The position numbers were made by a program, and so were the translations under genes. 53,287 bases of DNA, taken from positions 92,881,833 to 92,935,119 of the forward strand of contig NC_068990.1 in the NCBI RefSeq assembly GCF_001194135.2. Direction: 5' to 3'. Below, in pieces: positions 9,974-22,554 of the stretch. The DNA comes from Octopus bimaculoides. Taxonomy: Eukaryota. Positions within the stretch are counted from its first letter, which is position 1. The number at the start of each line of letters is the position of its first letter. Under the pieces are notes generated by a model, which made no database searches, was not told the origin of the DNA, and was given only the letters and a program-made list of their open reading frames with translations.

Positions 9974-11637
9974 CTGTAGTGAGAAACAACATGGATGGAA
10001 TACATTGTAATAAAAAAAACTTTAAAAAAAACTTGAATAATTAAAAACAGAAATCAATGAGATTTAAAAAATAAGAATAAATCTGTGTTTGTTATAGACA
10101 CAGCAGAGTCCTTTGTAATGCTTGTTGATAATCTACTCTGATATGTCACATTTGACCAACACACTTTCAGTCAAACTGATGAGGGACTTGCTACTGGATT
10201 ACTCAGCCTCCTAGCAACAGCAGGCTAAGGGAGCCAGTATTTTTCTCTTATACCCAGCTATCTTAAAACAGGGCACATTAGATCGCGCACCCTACTAAAA
10301 CACTATGTTTTAAAATAAGACAAGATGATCACAACTCAATTCTAAATTTGCTGAATAAAATCAGACGAAGAACTAAACAAGAGCAAAACGTTTCAGCCTT
10401 CCCTGTCAACTATTTTCTATTTGTACCATGACACATAATCAGAGGAAATAATGCAGGACACACACACACACACACACATGTATCTTAGATGAAAAAACTG
10501 TAATTCTATGTCTTAATGTCTGAGATGAATTGTTAAGATTATATCTATATTATAACATCTCTAAAAACAATATTTTAGAGCATTCACATACAATTCATAA
10601 TTTAATTGTGCTCAACAGCTATTTCATTAACAATAAATATCATTAATTCCATAATTAAGATACATAACTAATTAATTTAAAAGCAATGTTTACCTAAATC
10701 ATTTATGCGTTATATTAAAGGTTTCTGATTAACATGTTATTCTTAATTAGAGTCAACGTCACATATAAATAAGTTTAATTATATATCTTAATTTTGTAAT
10801 TATGAGATTAATGATGTTTATTGTTAATGACACACCTGTTGTGCACAATTAAATTATGACCTATATATAAAAAATTTAGACTTTTCTGCTTTTATTCTAC
10901 ACATGTTGCTCTAAAGGATCATTTTAACTGATTTTGTATAAAAATGCAAATTTGTTTCACCTGGATTTATTGTATTAGAGTTTAACAAGCTCTTAATTAT
11001 CATGGATATATTTTTTGATGTTTGTACATCAATTGTTTCTATATAGATATGGTGTGTATATTGTAAACAATATTTATATCTACACTATTCACTTCATCTT
11101 TAGAGTGTGTATATATACAAGCAACATATCTTATCAGTGATCTCCCTCATCTTTACTAAAGGCAAAAATATACATCTGTACTATTAACCTTGTTTAAGGC
11201 ATGTATATATACTGTAAACAATATTAATATATACCCTATGCTTTGATTGGTTTGATCCCCAATGCAGTAGTGACATAATGGATTAAAACTTTACTGGAGA
11301 AATGAATAAATTCAGCTTGGGGATGTGTTTTCTTCTTCAAGAAGCCACAACCGAGATGCATTTCACAGTTCCATACCAGGATTCCCCATTAGCTTCAATA
11401 TGTCCTCAATTTCATGCTCTATGTCTCTACCAATAACATCAATGTAGTTAAATGACCTTTGTCCCTTATTAGGCTTGTTGGTCAGCATAGTAGAAGTGGA
11501 CAGCAAAGCTTACCCTGCATTGAGCAATAAAGTAAAGGTGGGTGGAATATGTCTGTAAATCTCTTCTTTGATCTACATCTGATATGTCTTGTACAACATT
11601 GGAATGGATAAAGGGGAAAAAAGGAAGTAAAACTAAC

Positions 11638-11790
11638 CTTAACACACTTGATGATGTCATAGAAAAGATTTGCGTTTCCAATCTGGTAGAGCCATTGTGG
11701 TTCTTCTCCGACAGCATACAGTACAATTCTAAGAATTGGCAAGCGGTGGTCTGGGAATTTCATACTCTCATGTAGCTTGTCCAGTAATAC
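11638..11790 (-). CDS. TSC1: Hamartin coding exon 3 (VLLDKLHESMKFPDHRLPILRIVLYAVGEEPQWLYQIGNANLFYDIIKCVK)
   Basis: CTATAG acceptor, GTTAG donor, 153 nt, phase 0-0; matches human HLLDRINE...[22 protein letters not shown]. Confidence 0.95.
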
Positions 11791-11809
11791 CTATAGTGAG
11801 ATCAACAGC

Positions 11810-12190
11810 ACAGCCATATGGTAAAGAATCAGGCAGTAGTAGAACATACATGTTAACATATGGAAAATAGAAATAACAATACCACATGAGATATGGCAGA
11901 ATGTCAATATCTGCTATGTCCCATTAATATCATATGGTAACAATATCACATGGTGAAATATCTAAGCCATGTGATAACAATACAGCCTAGAAACCATACC
12001 AAATGGAAGGATGTCATTAACATACAGTAAAGCATCAATATCATGTAACAGCATTCCTACATGGCAAGATAATAGTGATTGACAGAATAACATTTAGAAC
12101 ATGATGGCATCTTATTGCCACATGATATTATCAGGTGGTATTAATATATTAATGTTACTTGAGTCACATAATAACAATACAACATGGTAA
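11810..12190. repeat. Highly degenerate ~17-21-bp array (TAACAATATCACATGGT) filling TSC1 intron 2
   Basis: Recurring aataacaataccacatgag, taacaatatcacatggtg, ataacaatacaacatggtaag. Confidence 0.6.
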
Positions 12191-12282
12191 GATAATTAGT
12201 TATTAGAATAACAGGTAGAATAGAGCTCCTTAACAACCATTATTGCAACCAGAGAAGAAGAAGAAGAAACTAGTGCACTGAC

Positions 12283-12386
12283 CTTTTCATGTTGTTTGTT
12301 AATGGCAGACAACATCTTAAGAGCCTCATCAGAATGTGTACTGAGGTAGTAGTCAAGTAGACCTGATACCATCCAAGATTCTTTGG
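12283..12386 (-). CDS. TSC1: Hamartin coding exon 2 (TKESWMVSGLLDYYLSTHSDEALKMLSAINKQHEK)
   Basis: TTTATTTCAG acceptor, GTCAG donor, 104 nt; matches human [21 protein letters not shown]. Confidence 0.95.
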
Positions 12387-12479
12387 CTGAAATAAAATGA
12401 TACATCATCATAAGCATTGTTTTAACGTCCATTCTCCTATCTTTGCAGATGGGAATTTTGTTTGGGTAGATTTTTTTAT

Positions 12480-12774
12480 AGCTGGACGCATTTTCACAAA
12501 TGACACTGCTTCTATAACAGTGATGCTTGAATTTCAATCAGTTTAATGCCTTTTGCATTCAAAAACTGAATAACTGCGTGAACTTCACACTTGGCGGTAG
12601 CGTCAATTGGGAGCGCCATCAGATATGACTGCCAAGCCAAGACTGAGCGTAGCAGTGAGGCATGCGCAGGGGCAGGGTCATGCACAACAAACACCACAGT
12701 GTTGCCAATAGCCACATGCACAGTTTCTCTGCGTTCCCAGTGCTTTGGAGACCTTACTTTTGGGATTACCCTTG
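12480..12774 (-). mobile_element. 5' remnant of a second mariner inside TSC1 intron 1
   Basis: TIR-like TACAAGGGTAATCCCAAAAGTAAGG at 12776 downward; ATG at 12619 gives MALPIDATAKCEVHAVIQFLNAKGIKLIEI, a mariner transposase N-terminal pattern (EVRAVIRFL.AKG). Confidence 0.8.
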
Positions 12775-13113
12775 TAAAAACTTGTTTCTTCTTATAGAAT
12801 ATGAAGATGGCAACAGACCTAAAAAGTTAAATTAATAAAAGAATATTTATTTCTATACATGTGCACAGTATTGGAATATATTTTCTATCATCAACTACAA
12901 CAACAACCACACTATTACTCTAGCTTCTGTACAATTAACTCCAAAGCTACCACACAACCACCATTGTCACAACTGCAGCAGCCATGCACACCAAAGTAAC
13001 AGATCAAAGAAACTGTTGAAATGCAAACCGTGTGCAATAACGGTAATAGTGTACAAGAACAAAGTAGAGAGAGAGAGAGGAGGGAGAGAAAGAGGGAGAG
13101 GTGAATAACTCAC

Positions 13114-13273
13114 TTGTATGTAGGTTTTCTTGTATAAGCTGTCGGGTTTGACTGACCACAGCCAGATCATTATTGTCCAAGAGATTAAACAATTGTTTGA
13201 CATTTACTTCGTGCACAGTTGAAGAACTGCAGGCAATGTTACTGTGACACTCTGTAGCCATTCTGTCTGGCAT
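13114..13273 (-). CDS. TSC1: Hamartin coding exon 1 (MPDRMATECH...VNVKQLFNLLDNNDLAVVSQTRQLIQENLHT)
   Basis: Translation resembles the human TSC1 N-terminus ([31 protein letters not shown]). GTGAG donor at 13113, phase 1. Alternative in-frame ATG at 13261. Pyrimidine-rich acceptor TTGTCTCTTTGTTTCTAG ending at 13312. Confidence 0.9.
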
Positions 13274-13540
13274 TCTAGCTCACGTGACACACTCGGTAGC
13301 AGCAAAGACAGCTAGAAACAAAGAGACAACAATATCAATATCAATAATAATAATAATAATAATAATGATAAAAAACACCACCCACAACATGTACTTTACA
13401 GGTTGGATGTTCAACAAAAGAACATAGATCACATTACGCACACAACACAAACACAACAAAAAAAAAAACTGCAACCAGACCCCCATAACAAAACAAACAG
13501 ATGCAACACAATACCAGGAAGAGTTTGTCCTCCCTGCAAC

Positions 13541-13870
13541 NNNNNNNNNNNNNNNNNNNNNNNNNNNNNNNNNNNNNNNNNNNNNNNNNNNNNNNNNNNN
13601 NNNNNNNNNNNNNNNNNNNNNNNNNNNNNNNNNNNNNNNNNNNNNNNNNNNNNNNNNNNNNNNNNNNNNNNNNNNNNNNNNNNNNNNNNNNNNNNNNNNN
13701 NNNNNNNNNNNNNNNNNNNNNNNNNNNNNNNNNNNNNNNNNNNNNNNNNNNNNNNNNNNNNNNNNNNNNNNNNNNNNNNNNNNNNNNNNNNNNNNNNNNN
13801 NNNNNNNNNNNNNNNNNNNNNNNNNNNNNNNNNNNNNNNNNNNNNNNNNNNNNNNNNNNNNNNNNNNNNN
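13541..13870. other. Assembly gap (others: 22764-22773, 25710-25739, 39743-39994, 47402-47510, 49693-49990, 51697-51861)
   Basis: Runs of n. Confidence 1.
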
Positions 13871-13994
13871 GGACTTATTTCATTGACCCCAGGACAAAAG
13901 GCAAAGTTTTGGTGGACAGATGAAATAATAATAATAATAATACATTGTTTTGTCTTGGTATAAAAGATGGGCCACAGCAAATATTCTGCTCAAT

Positions 13995-14420
13995 ACCACA
14001 GATTTGTTTGGCAGTTGCTTGACCATAACCAGTTCAGCATGTCCCTTAGTGGCTGACGATATGTGCATCTCTGATCATGAGCAGAAGCAGTGGGGGAGTA
14101 TCATAGACGTGTTGAGAATAATACTTTGGGATTTGAATAATTCACCTCTGGAAGCATGGGTGTTTCGTTCATCATCCTCAAACAACCCTTATTCGGGGAC
14201 CTCTTGGGTGGGATGGGCTACTTGACCTGAAGAAAATTCCAACTGGGCCCCCACCTGCAAGGTCTTGATATGAGATCACCCTGTCACGCACACATGGTTG
14301 TGATGCATGTGCCTGGTGTACCCTTATCAGACAAGTAGTCATGATGGGTATACTGGGCTTCGCATGTTTTACTCCAGTGTCACTTTGATGGCATGCGCTG
14401 CTCTCTCACTCAATAATAAT
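13995..14420. repeat. Interspersed repeat of unknown class ending in (AAT)n
   Basis: GC-richer block with sharp boundaries and an AAT microsatellite end; not assignable without a library. Confidence 0.4.
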
Positions 14421-14543
14421 GGTTTTTAATTTAGGCGTAAGGCCAGCAATTTTGAAAGGAGGAACTTAATTGATACTTTTGATCTTAGTACCTGACTGGT
14501 ACTTTAAAAGCAAAATTGACCATCATGGGATATTAATTCTTAC

Positions 14544-14620
14544 CTAAAATGAAATCTTGGGATCTTCCGTCAACCTCATTTAGTCTTCGGATTCTGAAAA
14601 TCCTTCCACTAGAATACATC
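14544..14620 (-). other. Candidate non-coding 5' UTR exon of TSC1
   Basis: Strong minus-strand donor TTTAG|GTAAGA at 14543, upstream of coding exon 1, which has a clear acceptor at 13312. The 5' boundary is a guess. Confidence 0.4.
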
Positions 14621-15065
14621 AGACAGACTGTAGAATAAATGGTAAAGAATTTTGATCAGTAGAGTGATTAACATTGACAAAACACACAGAAACATATATG
14701 TAGGTGGGTATTAGCATAAAATACATGAATTCATAGATAAGGAGAGAAATGAAGAGGTGAAACCCTAACCCTAACTCATTACTGGGTATCGAACTCTCGA
14801 CCTTATGATCATGAGCCATATGCCCTAACCACAAAACCACAAACTTTCACAGTTTCCTATGTAAGACAAGAAACATAACAATTAACTTCACACAGACGAG
14901 GTAAGAGATAGAGGTGATGACATTTTCAAATTTAGAAAAGAATTTAAAATTCAATTTTTCTGAACAGATGTGCTCTCCTCTATAATTAATAAACTGCCAT
15001 TAGTTTTGACGACACGCGTATGGTAGTAAGAAGTGACATCGTTTGAGAAAAAAACAGAATTTTCA

Positions 15066-15480
15066 AAATCTACCCCAATAACTAAATCTAGCCTTGTTAT
15101 TGTCTAAATCCACCTTAGTGACTGACTAAATCTACCCCTATTATTGACTAAATCCACCCCAGTAACTAATTCTACCCATTATTGACTAAACCTGCTCCCA
15201 TAATCGACCAAACTCAGCCCTACTCTTATCATTGATTAAACCCTCTCACATCTGTAAATGACTAAACCCACCTCTATAAGTGACCAAACCCACCCCTATA
15301 ATTAAGTACCCTACTCCATTTGACTAAATCCACCTCTACTATTGACTGAACTCATCCCTATAACTGGCCGAACCCACCCTATAGTTGAATCAATCTGCCC
15401 CAAGAGTTAACTTAGGTCTACCCGATAATTCACTTAAACTCAACCCCTATAACCGACTAAATCTATCCCAGAAATTGATT
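15066..15480. repeat. Degenerate ~22-bp tandem array (consensus about GACTAAATCCACCCCTATAATT), about 18-19 units
   Basis: Units read directly, e.g. gactaaatctacccctattatt, gactaaacccacctctataagt, gaccaaacccacccctataatt, gactaaatccacctctactatt. Confidence 0.85.
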
Positions 15481-15559
15481 GAGGGATTAAATAATTGAAA
15501 CTATAAAAAAATAACCCCGGCCGTCACCAGGATACAAACATCACCACTATCATCACCAG

Positions 15560-15567
15560 TGACGTCA
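15560..15567. promoter_or_regulatory. CRE/ATF palindrome TGACGTCA
   Basis: Perfect consensus in unique sequence upstream of TSC1; function not shown. Confidence 0.35.
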
Positions 15568-16879
15568 TGATAGGATCACACACAGCAAACGTGCCAACTC
15601 ATGATAGAAAACTTGTCTCCACATCCCGTTCGTCACATCACAGTTCCGTAATGTTAACAACTAATTAATTAATGCTAATGACCAAACAAGAAGTGTGTGT
15701 CAGCAGCAGCAACCGAGACAGGCACACTACATTTAGTACGTAAGAAACAATTTCAGTCCTGGAAACCAAAAGAAAATGTAAAGTTTCGTTATTGCACAAA
15801 GTCCTGGAAATATTTTTTCAAAACAGGAAAGAAAAAAAAAAACCCGTAGAGAAGATCATATTTACGTTGATATGAAACGTATTAAAAATCAATTAAATAT
15901 TCTACAAGTTAATTGAGGGTTCGTAATCACTACTAGAGCAAGCAAGTCAAATCTCTATCGAACAATATTTTATGCACGATACAGCATAAATCAGCAAATC
16001 TGTATTGAATGCGAGCATCTCTATGTTTTGACTGCTGTATGTGTACATACAGCGTAAATCTGTTGTTTGTATGACTGCACCTGTGTATATTGCACATTAA
16101 ACATCTGGAATGACAATAAAGAATAACGGAATGTACGTATTCTATCAATCTATATTTATTTCTGTTAGTATAAGTGTAGAATAGACGAACACCGAATAAG
16201 TGCTCGAACCAGTCCAGATTCTTAAAATCTAACATCCTATGAATTATCAAGGACACTATTTTTCTTCGCCAAATGTGTTTGTCCATTCTCTCTCTCTCTC
16301 TCCCTCGCACGAACAAGTGCGCGCGCGTGGCATGGCTTCACAGCAGGGAGTGGTAAGAATGCTGGTCAAAGATAGTGTCCATTCTGCAGGATACTACATT
16401 GACGAGAGATTAGAAAGAAAGAAGACAATGGGTGTCATGGAAGAGATTCTGTGTGTTCGCTCGGCCTCCTAGAAATATCAACCAGACTTTCTTCAAATGA
16501 CACCCTTAATGGCCTTAAAAAAATAAATAACGATGGACAAGTTAGATGATGCAGGATGGAGTTTTAAGAACAGCTCTCATTACATTATCTCACCTGGAAA
16601 GAAAGGGGAATAGAATTGACTTTTTTTTTTGATTATTGATTTTTTTACAAAGGGAATTACGATTTCTGAAAGACCCACCCCACCCCAATTCTAGTTTTAC
16701 ATCTTTGACCCAAATGTCTACTGTAGTCCTAGATACATTATGTCACAATGGGAACATCCTTGCTTATAATAATAACATGGATTGATGAAGTGAGCTAAAT
16801 CACGCTAAATCTACACTGTTAGTGATGAAAAAAAAAGTTTACCTCAATGATAAACTCTAGCCAAAAAAGGCAGGAGAGA

Positions 16880-17030
16880 CGATCCCGAGAATTTAATTAA
16901 AATTTATTAAATATTAAACACAATTAGGGAGTTTAATCTGACGTTTAACAGCACTGAGACAACTCCGAACATGTTTCAGGCTTATTGGTCGTCATCAGTG
17001 ATTGTTACTTCAGACCTTAGAGTGGTCGGG
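16880..17030 (-). mobile_element. Penelope-like 3' end remnant
   Basis: Minus strand CTGATGA-CGACCAATAAGCCT-GAAACATGT followed by AATAAA, an arrangement typical of PLE termini. Confidence 0.45.
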
Positions 17031-20000
17031 TAGAAAAAACAAGGTACTTGCAATTTGGTCGACGGTCTGTAGACATCTCTGAGACGAAAGTCCAGTCCTG
17101 AAAACTAGATTCCTCTTCTCACAACCACATACCAAACTAATCACGAGGGAAGATGGGAGTATTTTTGTCTATGAACAATAAGTGATGTGATAACTTTTGC
17201 TGACGCAGGACTTAGAGCTAAACTACTACCGTCGCCACCACTACCACCACCACCACCACATTATCATCATCATCAGCCGCCGCGAGACAGACATAGTAGT
17301 AGCCAGGAATAACAGCAACAATGTGGGAATATGAAGGACATCGTCAACAATAGCAACTCTATAGCCACACAACAACCCCCACCACTTGAATGACGATTAG
17401 AACAACACGAGTGGAAGATTTAATCAACGCTAGCATATGACTGGTACTTTGTTTTATCAATCTTAGAAAAATAAAAGGCTAAGTTGATCTCGGTGGAATT
17501 TGAACCCTGAACGTAAAGGGAACTAAACATAGTAGGCGGTGGCGTGGTTGCATTGGCTGTGGTGTTAGTGGTTGTTGTAGTAGTAGTAATAGTGGTTTCG
17601 GTGGTGGTGTTGGAGGTTACGGCCGTTGTTTTGATGGCAATGATCGTCATGGAGGTGACAGTGGCGGAGAAGAGGTGGCGTGATGATGATGGAGAAGCTA
17701 ATTTCTTGTGAGCAGGAAATGAGATCGTGTGGCTTGCATGCCTTTCACAGAGGAAAGTGAAGATGAAACCGAAAAAGTCCGAGGTTATTAAACAAAATGA
17801 AATAACTACAAGCTTGAATCGAAATCTTGTCGCTTTGACGCATGTACAAGAGTCTTCGCGTAGTCACTCGAGCTGCTAGAAATAACAGCCAAATCCCTTT
17901 AATCCACACCCTATCGTTATAAATATAAGAAGGAATCGTCTCAGATAAACAATGTCTGAATAGAAGACAATATGGTCAAAATTGGTCTGTCTTTGATCGT
18001 AGATCTGAAAAATCAGGATTGTCCTGGGCTAAACAACAGTTATAAAGCTTATATCTTTTGTTTCAGTCATTGGACTGCGGCCATGCTAGAGCACCGCTTG
18101 AAAGATGTAGTCGGACAAATCGAATCAGGGACTAATGTTTAAGCTTGGTATTTTTTCTATTGGTCTCTTATGCCGGGAACGTAAACAAACCAATACCGAT
18201 TGTCAAGCGGTGGTGGGAACAAACAGAAACACAAAGACATACACACACACATTGTATATGCAGTCCAAGCTACACCATATCTGAATAAAAAGTGGGATGG
18301 CCATAATTAGAATGTCCTTGGTAGAATATGTGCTAGAATTGGGCTGACCTGGGGCTAAATTTTCTCAGCAGACCACTGGATAAAAATCTCCAGGACACAG
18401 CCGGTAATTATCAACTGAGAAGGAATAATTAGCAAGTCGATATTTGATGAATCGGCACATGGAACAGAGAATAAATTAAAGTATTTTGATCGGCACCCTT
18501 TTAAAATAAAAAGCGGGGTCGGCGGACAAAACTAGCGACATTACTGGAAACAGTTTGAGATGAAGAGGTATTCATACTTTTGTCATTGACTGGCAGAATA
18601 TAGTTGGGGGTGAAGTAACGGGAGGGTTTGATCGCAAGCTGAAAAATAACAGCCAAACTGCTTTCAATGAACACTACAGTCTTAAAGAAAGAAAAAAAGA
18701 AGTATATACTAGATATTGCAGTCCTAGATACACTTTGCCTGAAAATAAGAAAACATACAGCAAGCTTTTGTTTATTCGTGTAGTAGAAAATATACAAGTG
18801 CTTATAAAGTAACTTTATGTTGGAAGTCTGATATTAGAGAATATTTGTGAGATAAACAGGAATAGTGTGGCGATGGTGATAGTGATGATGATGATAGCTG
18901 TCGTATAATACCTGTTCATTGCCACCACCACCGTTATCACACTGATATTACCGCCACTACGTTGATACTACAACAGCAACCACCATCATCGCCACCACTA
19001 CCACACAGATCTACGGTCACCAACACCGCCACCACTGTATTAATACCAACAGCCACTGCCATCACCACCATCCCTGATAGTACAACCATGACCATCATCC
19101 CTGAAAGAACAGCCATTACCTCTGATATTATATATAGTCATCACAACCTCCACCACTGTTACAGTTGTAGTATTCAGCTACAAATGCAGCTCGACTTTAT
19201 CATAGGACAGTTTTATCGAATATGTCCAGTAATAACTGTTGACTCAGCATGAGACATAACACATTGTAAGTAAATTATAAATAGCAGGAGACTGAGATCG
19301 AATTTTGTACTCGTCACCATAGACCAGAGGGAGACAATTACAGTGGGCGAGTTGCCATGGGTCTACGATTTTAAGGGAGCCTACCTCTCCTCCCCATTGT
19401 GAGAGATAAAGAGGGAGGTACCTTGTTTTATTCTCTGTTGTTCTTAGTACCCCATGTACATTACATGTACTGGCATAATACACTCGTAACCCATATATAT
19501 ATATATATATATATCATATGTATTTAGCACCGATTACTAAAATTCTTATCGAGCAGTTCGAAATGAGGTTTACTTCTTATAATTTAACCCGGGTCCTATT
19601 TCTTCTTGAAAGACAACCGAATTGGCCACAGCAATAATCATTTCCGAGGCACAAGAACAGCTGTTGTAGATGAGGAAATAAGTGGTTGAAATATCCCTCG
19701 GTTTGTGACACTAATTTTATCGGCCCCGGTAGGAGAAACCTATACCATTGGTGCAAGGTCATATATATTTATAGGGGAAGGCTACTGTATCTATTGATCA
19801 TAATATCGGACTATACTTATTTCAACGATTACGGAAGAATGAAAGGCACATCAAACATTTAGAACCTGTGACTGACGAATTTTAATGCCACAAGAACATT
19901 TTGGACCGTCTTCATCAAAGCTCTACCGATTCTGTCCTAACAAAAAAGAAAATTAACACCAACAATTCTTTCTTCTATAAGCACAAGGCCTGGAATTTTG

Positions 20001-21335
20001 TGGGAGAGGGGACTTGTAGATAAAATTAACCCCAGTAATTGACTGATACTTAATTTTTCATCGACCCTTGCAGAAACTGAACTTAGAATGTGAAAAGCCG
20101 AAGAAATGCAACTAACATTTTGTCCGACGCGCTAACGATTCTGCAAGCTTCATTAAGTTTCTGGTTTAGGCACAAGGTTAGTAATTTCGAAAGGAGGACT
20201 TCAGTTGATACCATAAACACTGAGAATATATGTATATATATTACACACACACACGTATATATAATTTAACACAGATTTCATGTGTCGCCCAGCATTATAT
20301 CACCCTGAGAACCTCTAACAAGAGCCCATTTTGTGGCAACAATTCGGACAGCAGGTCTCTCTGGTTCGAGGATAACTCCTACTCACCAAAGACCTTGAAA
20401 ATAATAAAGTCAAGGGTGTTGTGCTTCCTTCTTTAACAAAATATACATACATATATAAACACATACACACAATAACAAAGACAATATCTCAGTGGACCGT
20501 AAATAAATCACCAATGTACATTATATACATGCATTTATACACACACACATATACATACAGCCATATAAACACACGTGTATATACATGCATATATGTATAT
20601 ATATGCATGTATATACACACACACAATATATGCGTGCATACATAATATATACACATAAATGTGTATATATAACATTTCGTTCATACGCCTGCACAATGTA
20701 AATATTGTGCTTGATAACGAGAGTTAATTAATAGTTAATTACCACATTAACATCGACGTGATTGTCAAATTACTTTATATATAACACTATCCTATGTTAA
20801 CGCGAAACAACACGGGCAGAGGACAAGCCCATAACTTTCCAAGTAACGAAACCTAAAGAGAAACAAATATATTATTAGCTGTTAATAAGTAAAAATGTTA
20901 ACTTCTTTCAATTAAGGATCGGGCTGTGGTGGCACATATGCCGTTCTCAAATATATTAGCAACATGACTAATGTGAAGCAGTTAAGGGGAGTGGAGAAAC
21001 CGAAACCGGTTCGCCGAGTTTACTCTGCTACGATGTCGACATCTGTCACAATAGGAAGAAAGAAAAAACGAGTAGAAATCGTGATATTAATATGTTAATA
21101 TCAACATAATATACACAGATAGGTTAACTAAATAGCCATAATGGATTGTAGCAAGATACGTACGTGTGTGTATACATACATTCATACATATACATTATAT
21201 ATATAGTGTACAAAGCGGCTAAGGCTAGTGATATTACTACTAATAATATATGCATAGCAACAACTAGAAAGCCAACAAGTTGCAAACGAGGGGTAGAAAT
21301 ATCCGGGTGCAATGAGAGATGTTGTGGTACCATAC

Positions 21336-21459
21336 CATATGTCTAAGATGCTGGACATTAATGCTGTTAAGTGCTCGCTGCATGGAAATGGTATTTCGGT
21401 GGGAACGGGCGACGGCTTGTATCTTCTCCCAGACATCAGCTAACGACTTGTGGCAAGGT
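21336..21459 (-). CDS. Candidate internal coding exon of an unidentified gene (PCHKSLADVWEKIQAVARSHRNTISMQRALNSINVQHLRHM)
   Basis: Long polypyrimidine tract ending CCCTTATTGCCACAG; 124-nt open, non-repetitive, protein-like frame; ATG|GTATGG donor; phase 2-0. Confidence 0.45.
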
Positions 21460-22495
21460 CTGTGGCAATAAGGGAGGAGCAAGAACTAGACGGGAGGTAG
21501 GTAGAAAGATAGGGGGACATAGGAAAGAGAGAGAGAGAAGACGGAGGCAGTGGATGAAAAAAAAAAACGTGATGAAATAGAAGCGGTAAGACAGAAGCGA
21601 GGTAATAAGTTATAATGAAAGAGGAGCTGGAAGAGAGCGGATTATGATTATATATATGTATATCTATATATATATATGAGAGTGAGAGAGAAGAGGGATG
21701 GATAAAAAAATAGACCGATAGAGAGTGATAATCATATGAAGGAGAAGGCTAGAGATAAGAAAGATGAGCCATAAAAAAAGAAGAGAGAGAGACGGAGTAT
21801 GTTCGTGTGTGACATTGTAGAAAAGAAAGAATGAAAGAGAAACAGAAAAGCAGAGAAGGAAGAATTACTGTAAAAGTGGTCTGACTGTTTGTTGGTAACA
21901 ATTACACTATTGCTTACAGCTGGACATATTAAATATTCACAACTTGCTTCACACATCTTTTAAATTATAGTGATTGTCTCCTAAGCTTTCCCCCCCCCCC
22001 CTTTCTTTTTTTATTCATTTATCATAAATTACGATCAAAGTGTAAATATTTCGTCTTCGATTAAACAATATCATTTATACTTTTTTAAAAATTATTTCAT
22101 TTCATTCTATCCTATCTCTGTCAGACTTTGAATGGATGGCAGGGAGTCAGGACAGTTTATATAACTGTGAACAGTTCTACCAAGATAGAAGTGTGCTGAA
22201 TAAATATTAGCAATTTAGTCAGCTTTCAGCATGATTGTGTTTTAGGAGTGAATTAAATTTCAGACGCTTAAATACAAACTATATGTTTAACATTAGCCAT
22301 TATAAATAAATGCAGTTAATGTTAGAGATTCACTACTAATATTGCATACATGTGATTTATTTAAATGTATATTTCACACCTCAATCGCATACAGTCAGGA
22401 AATTGGGATGATCATCATTGGAAGGTAAACTTAAACATGGTTTAATAAAATATAGACTATAAATTTAAATTATAGAGAATATAAAGTGGTTATAT

Positions 22496-22554
<59 letters not shown>

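Noticed and set aside
13403-13980. ORFs spanning n-runs (also 39507-40088, 47345-47737, 49624-50216, 51686-51988)
   Set aside because: Artefacts of translating assembly gaps.
15933-16472. 127-aa minus ORF and 77-aa plus ORF near the promoter
   Set aside because: No homology; overlap a (CT)n run and a dispersed-repeat fragment.
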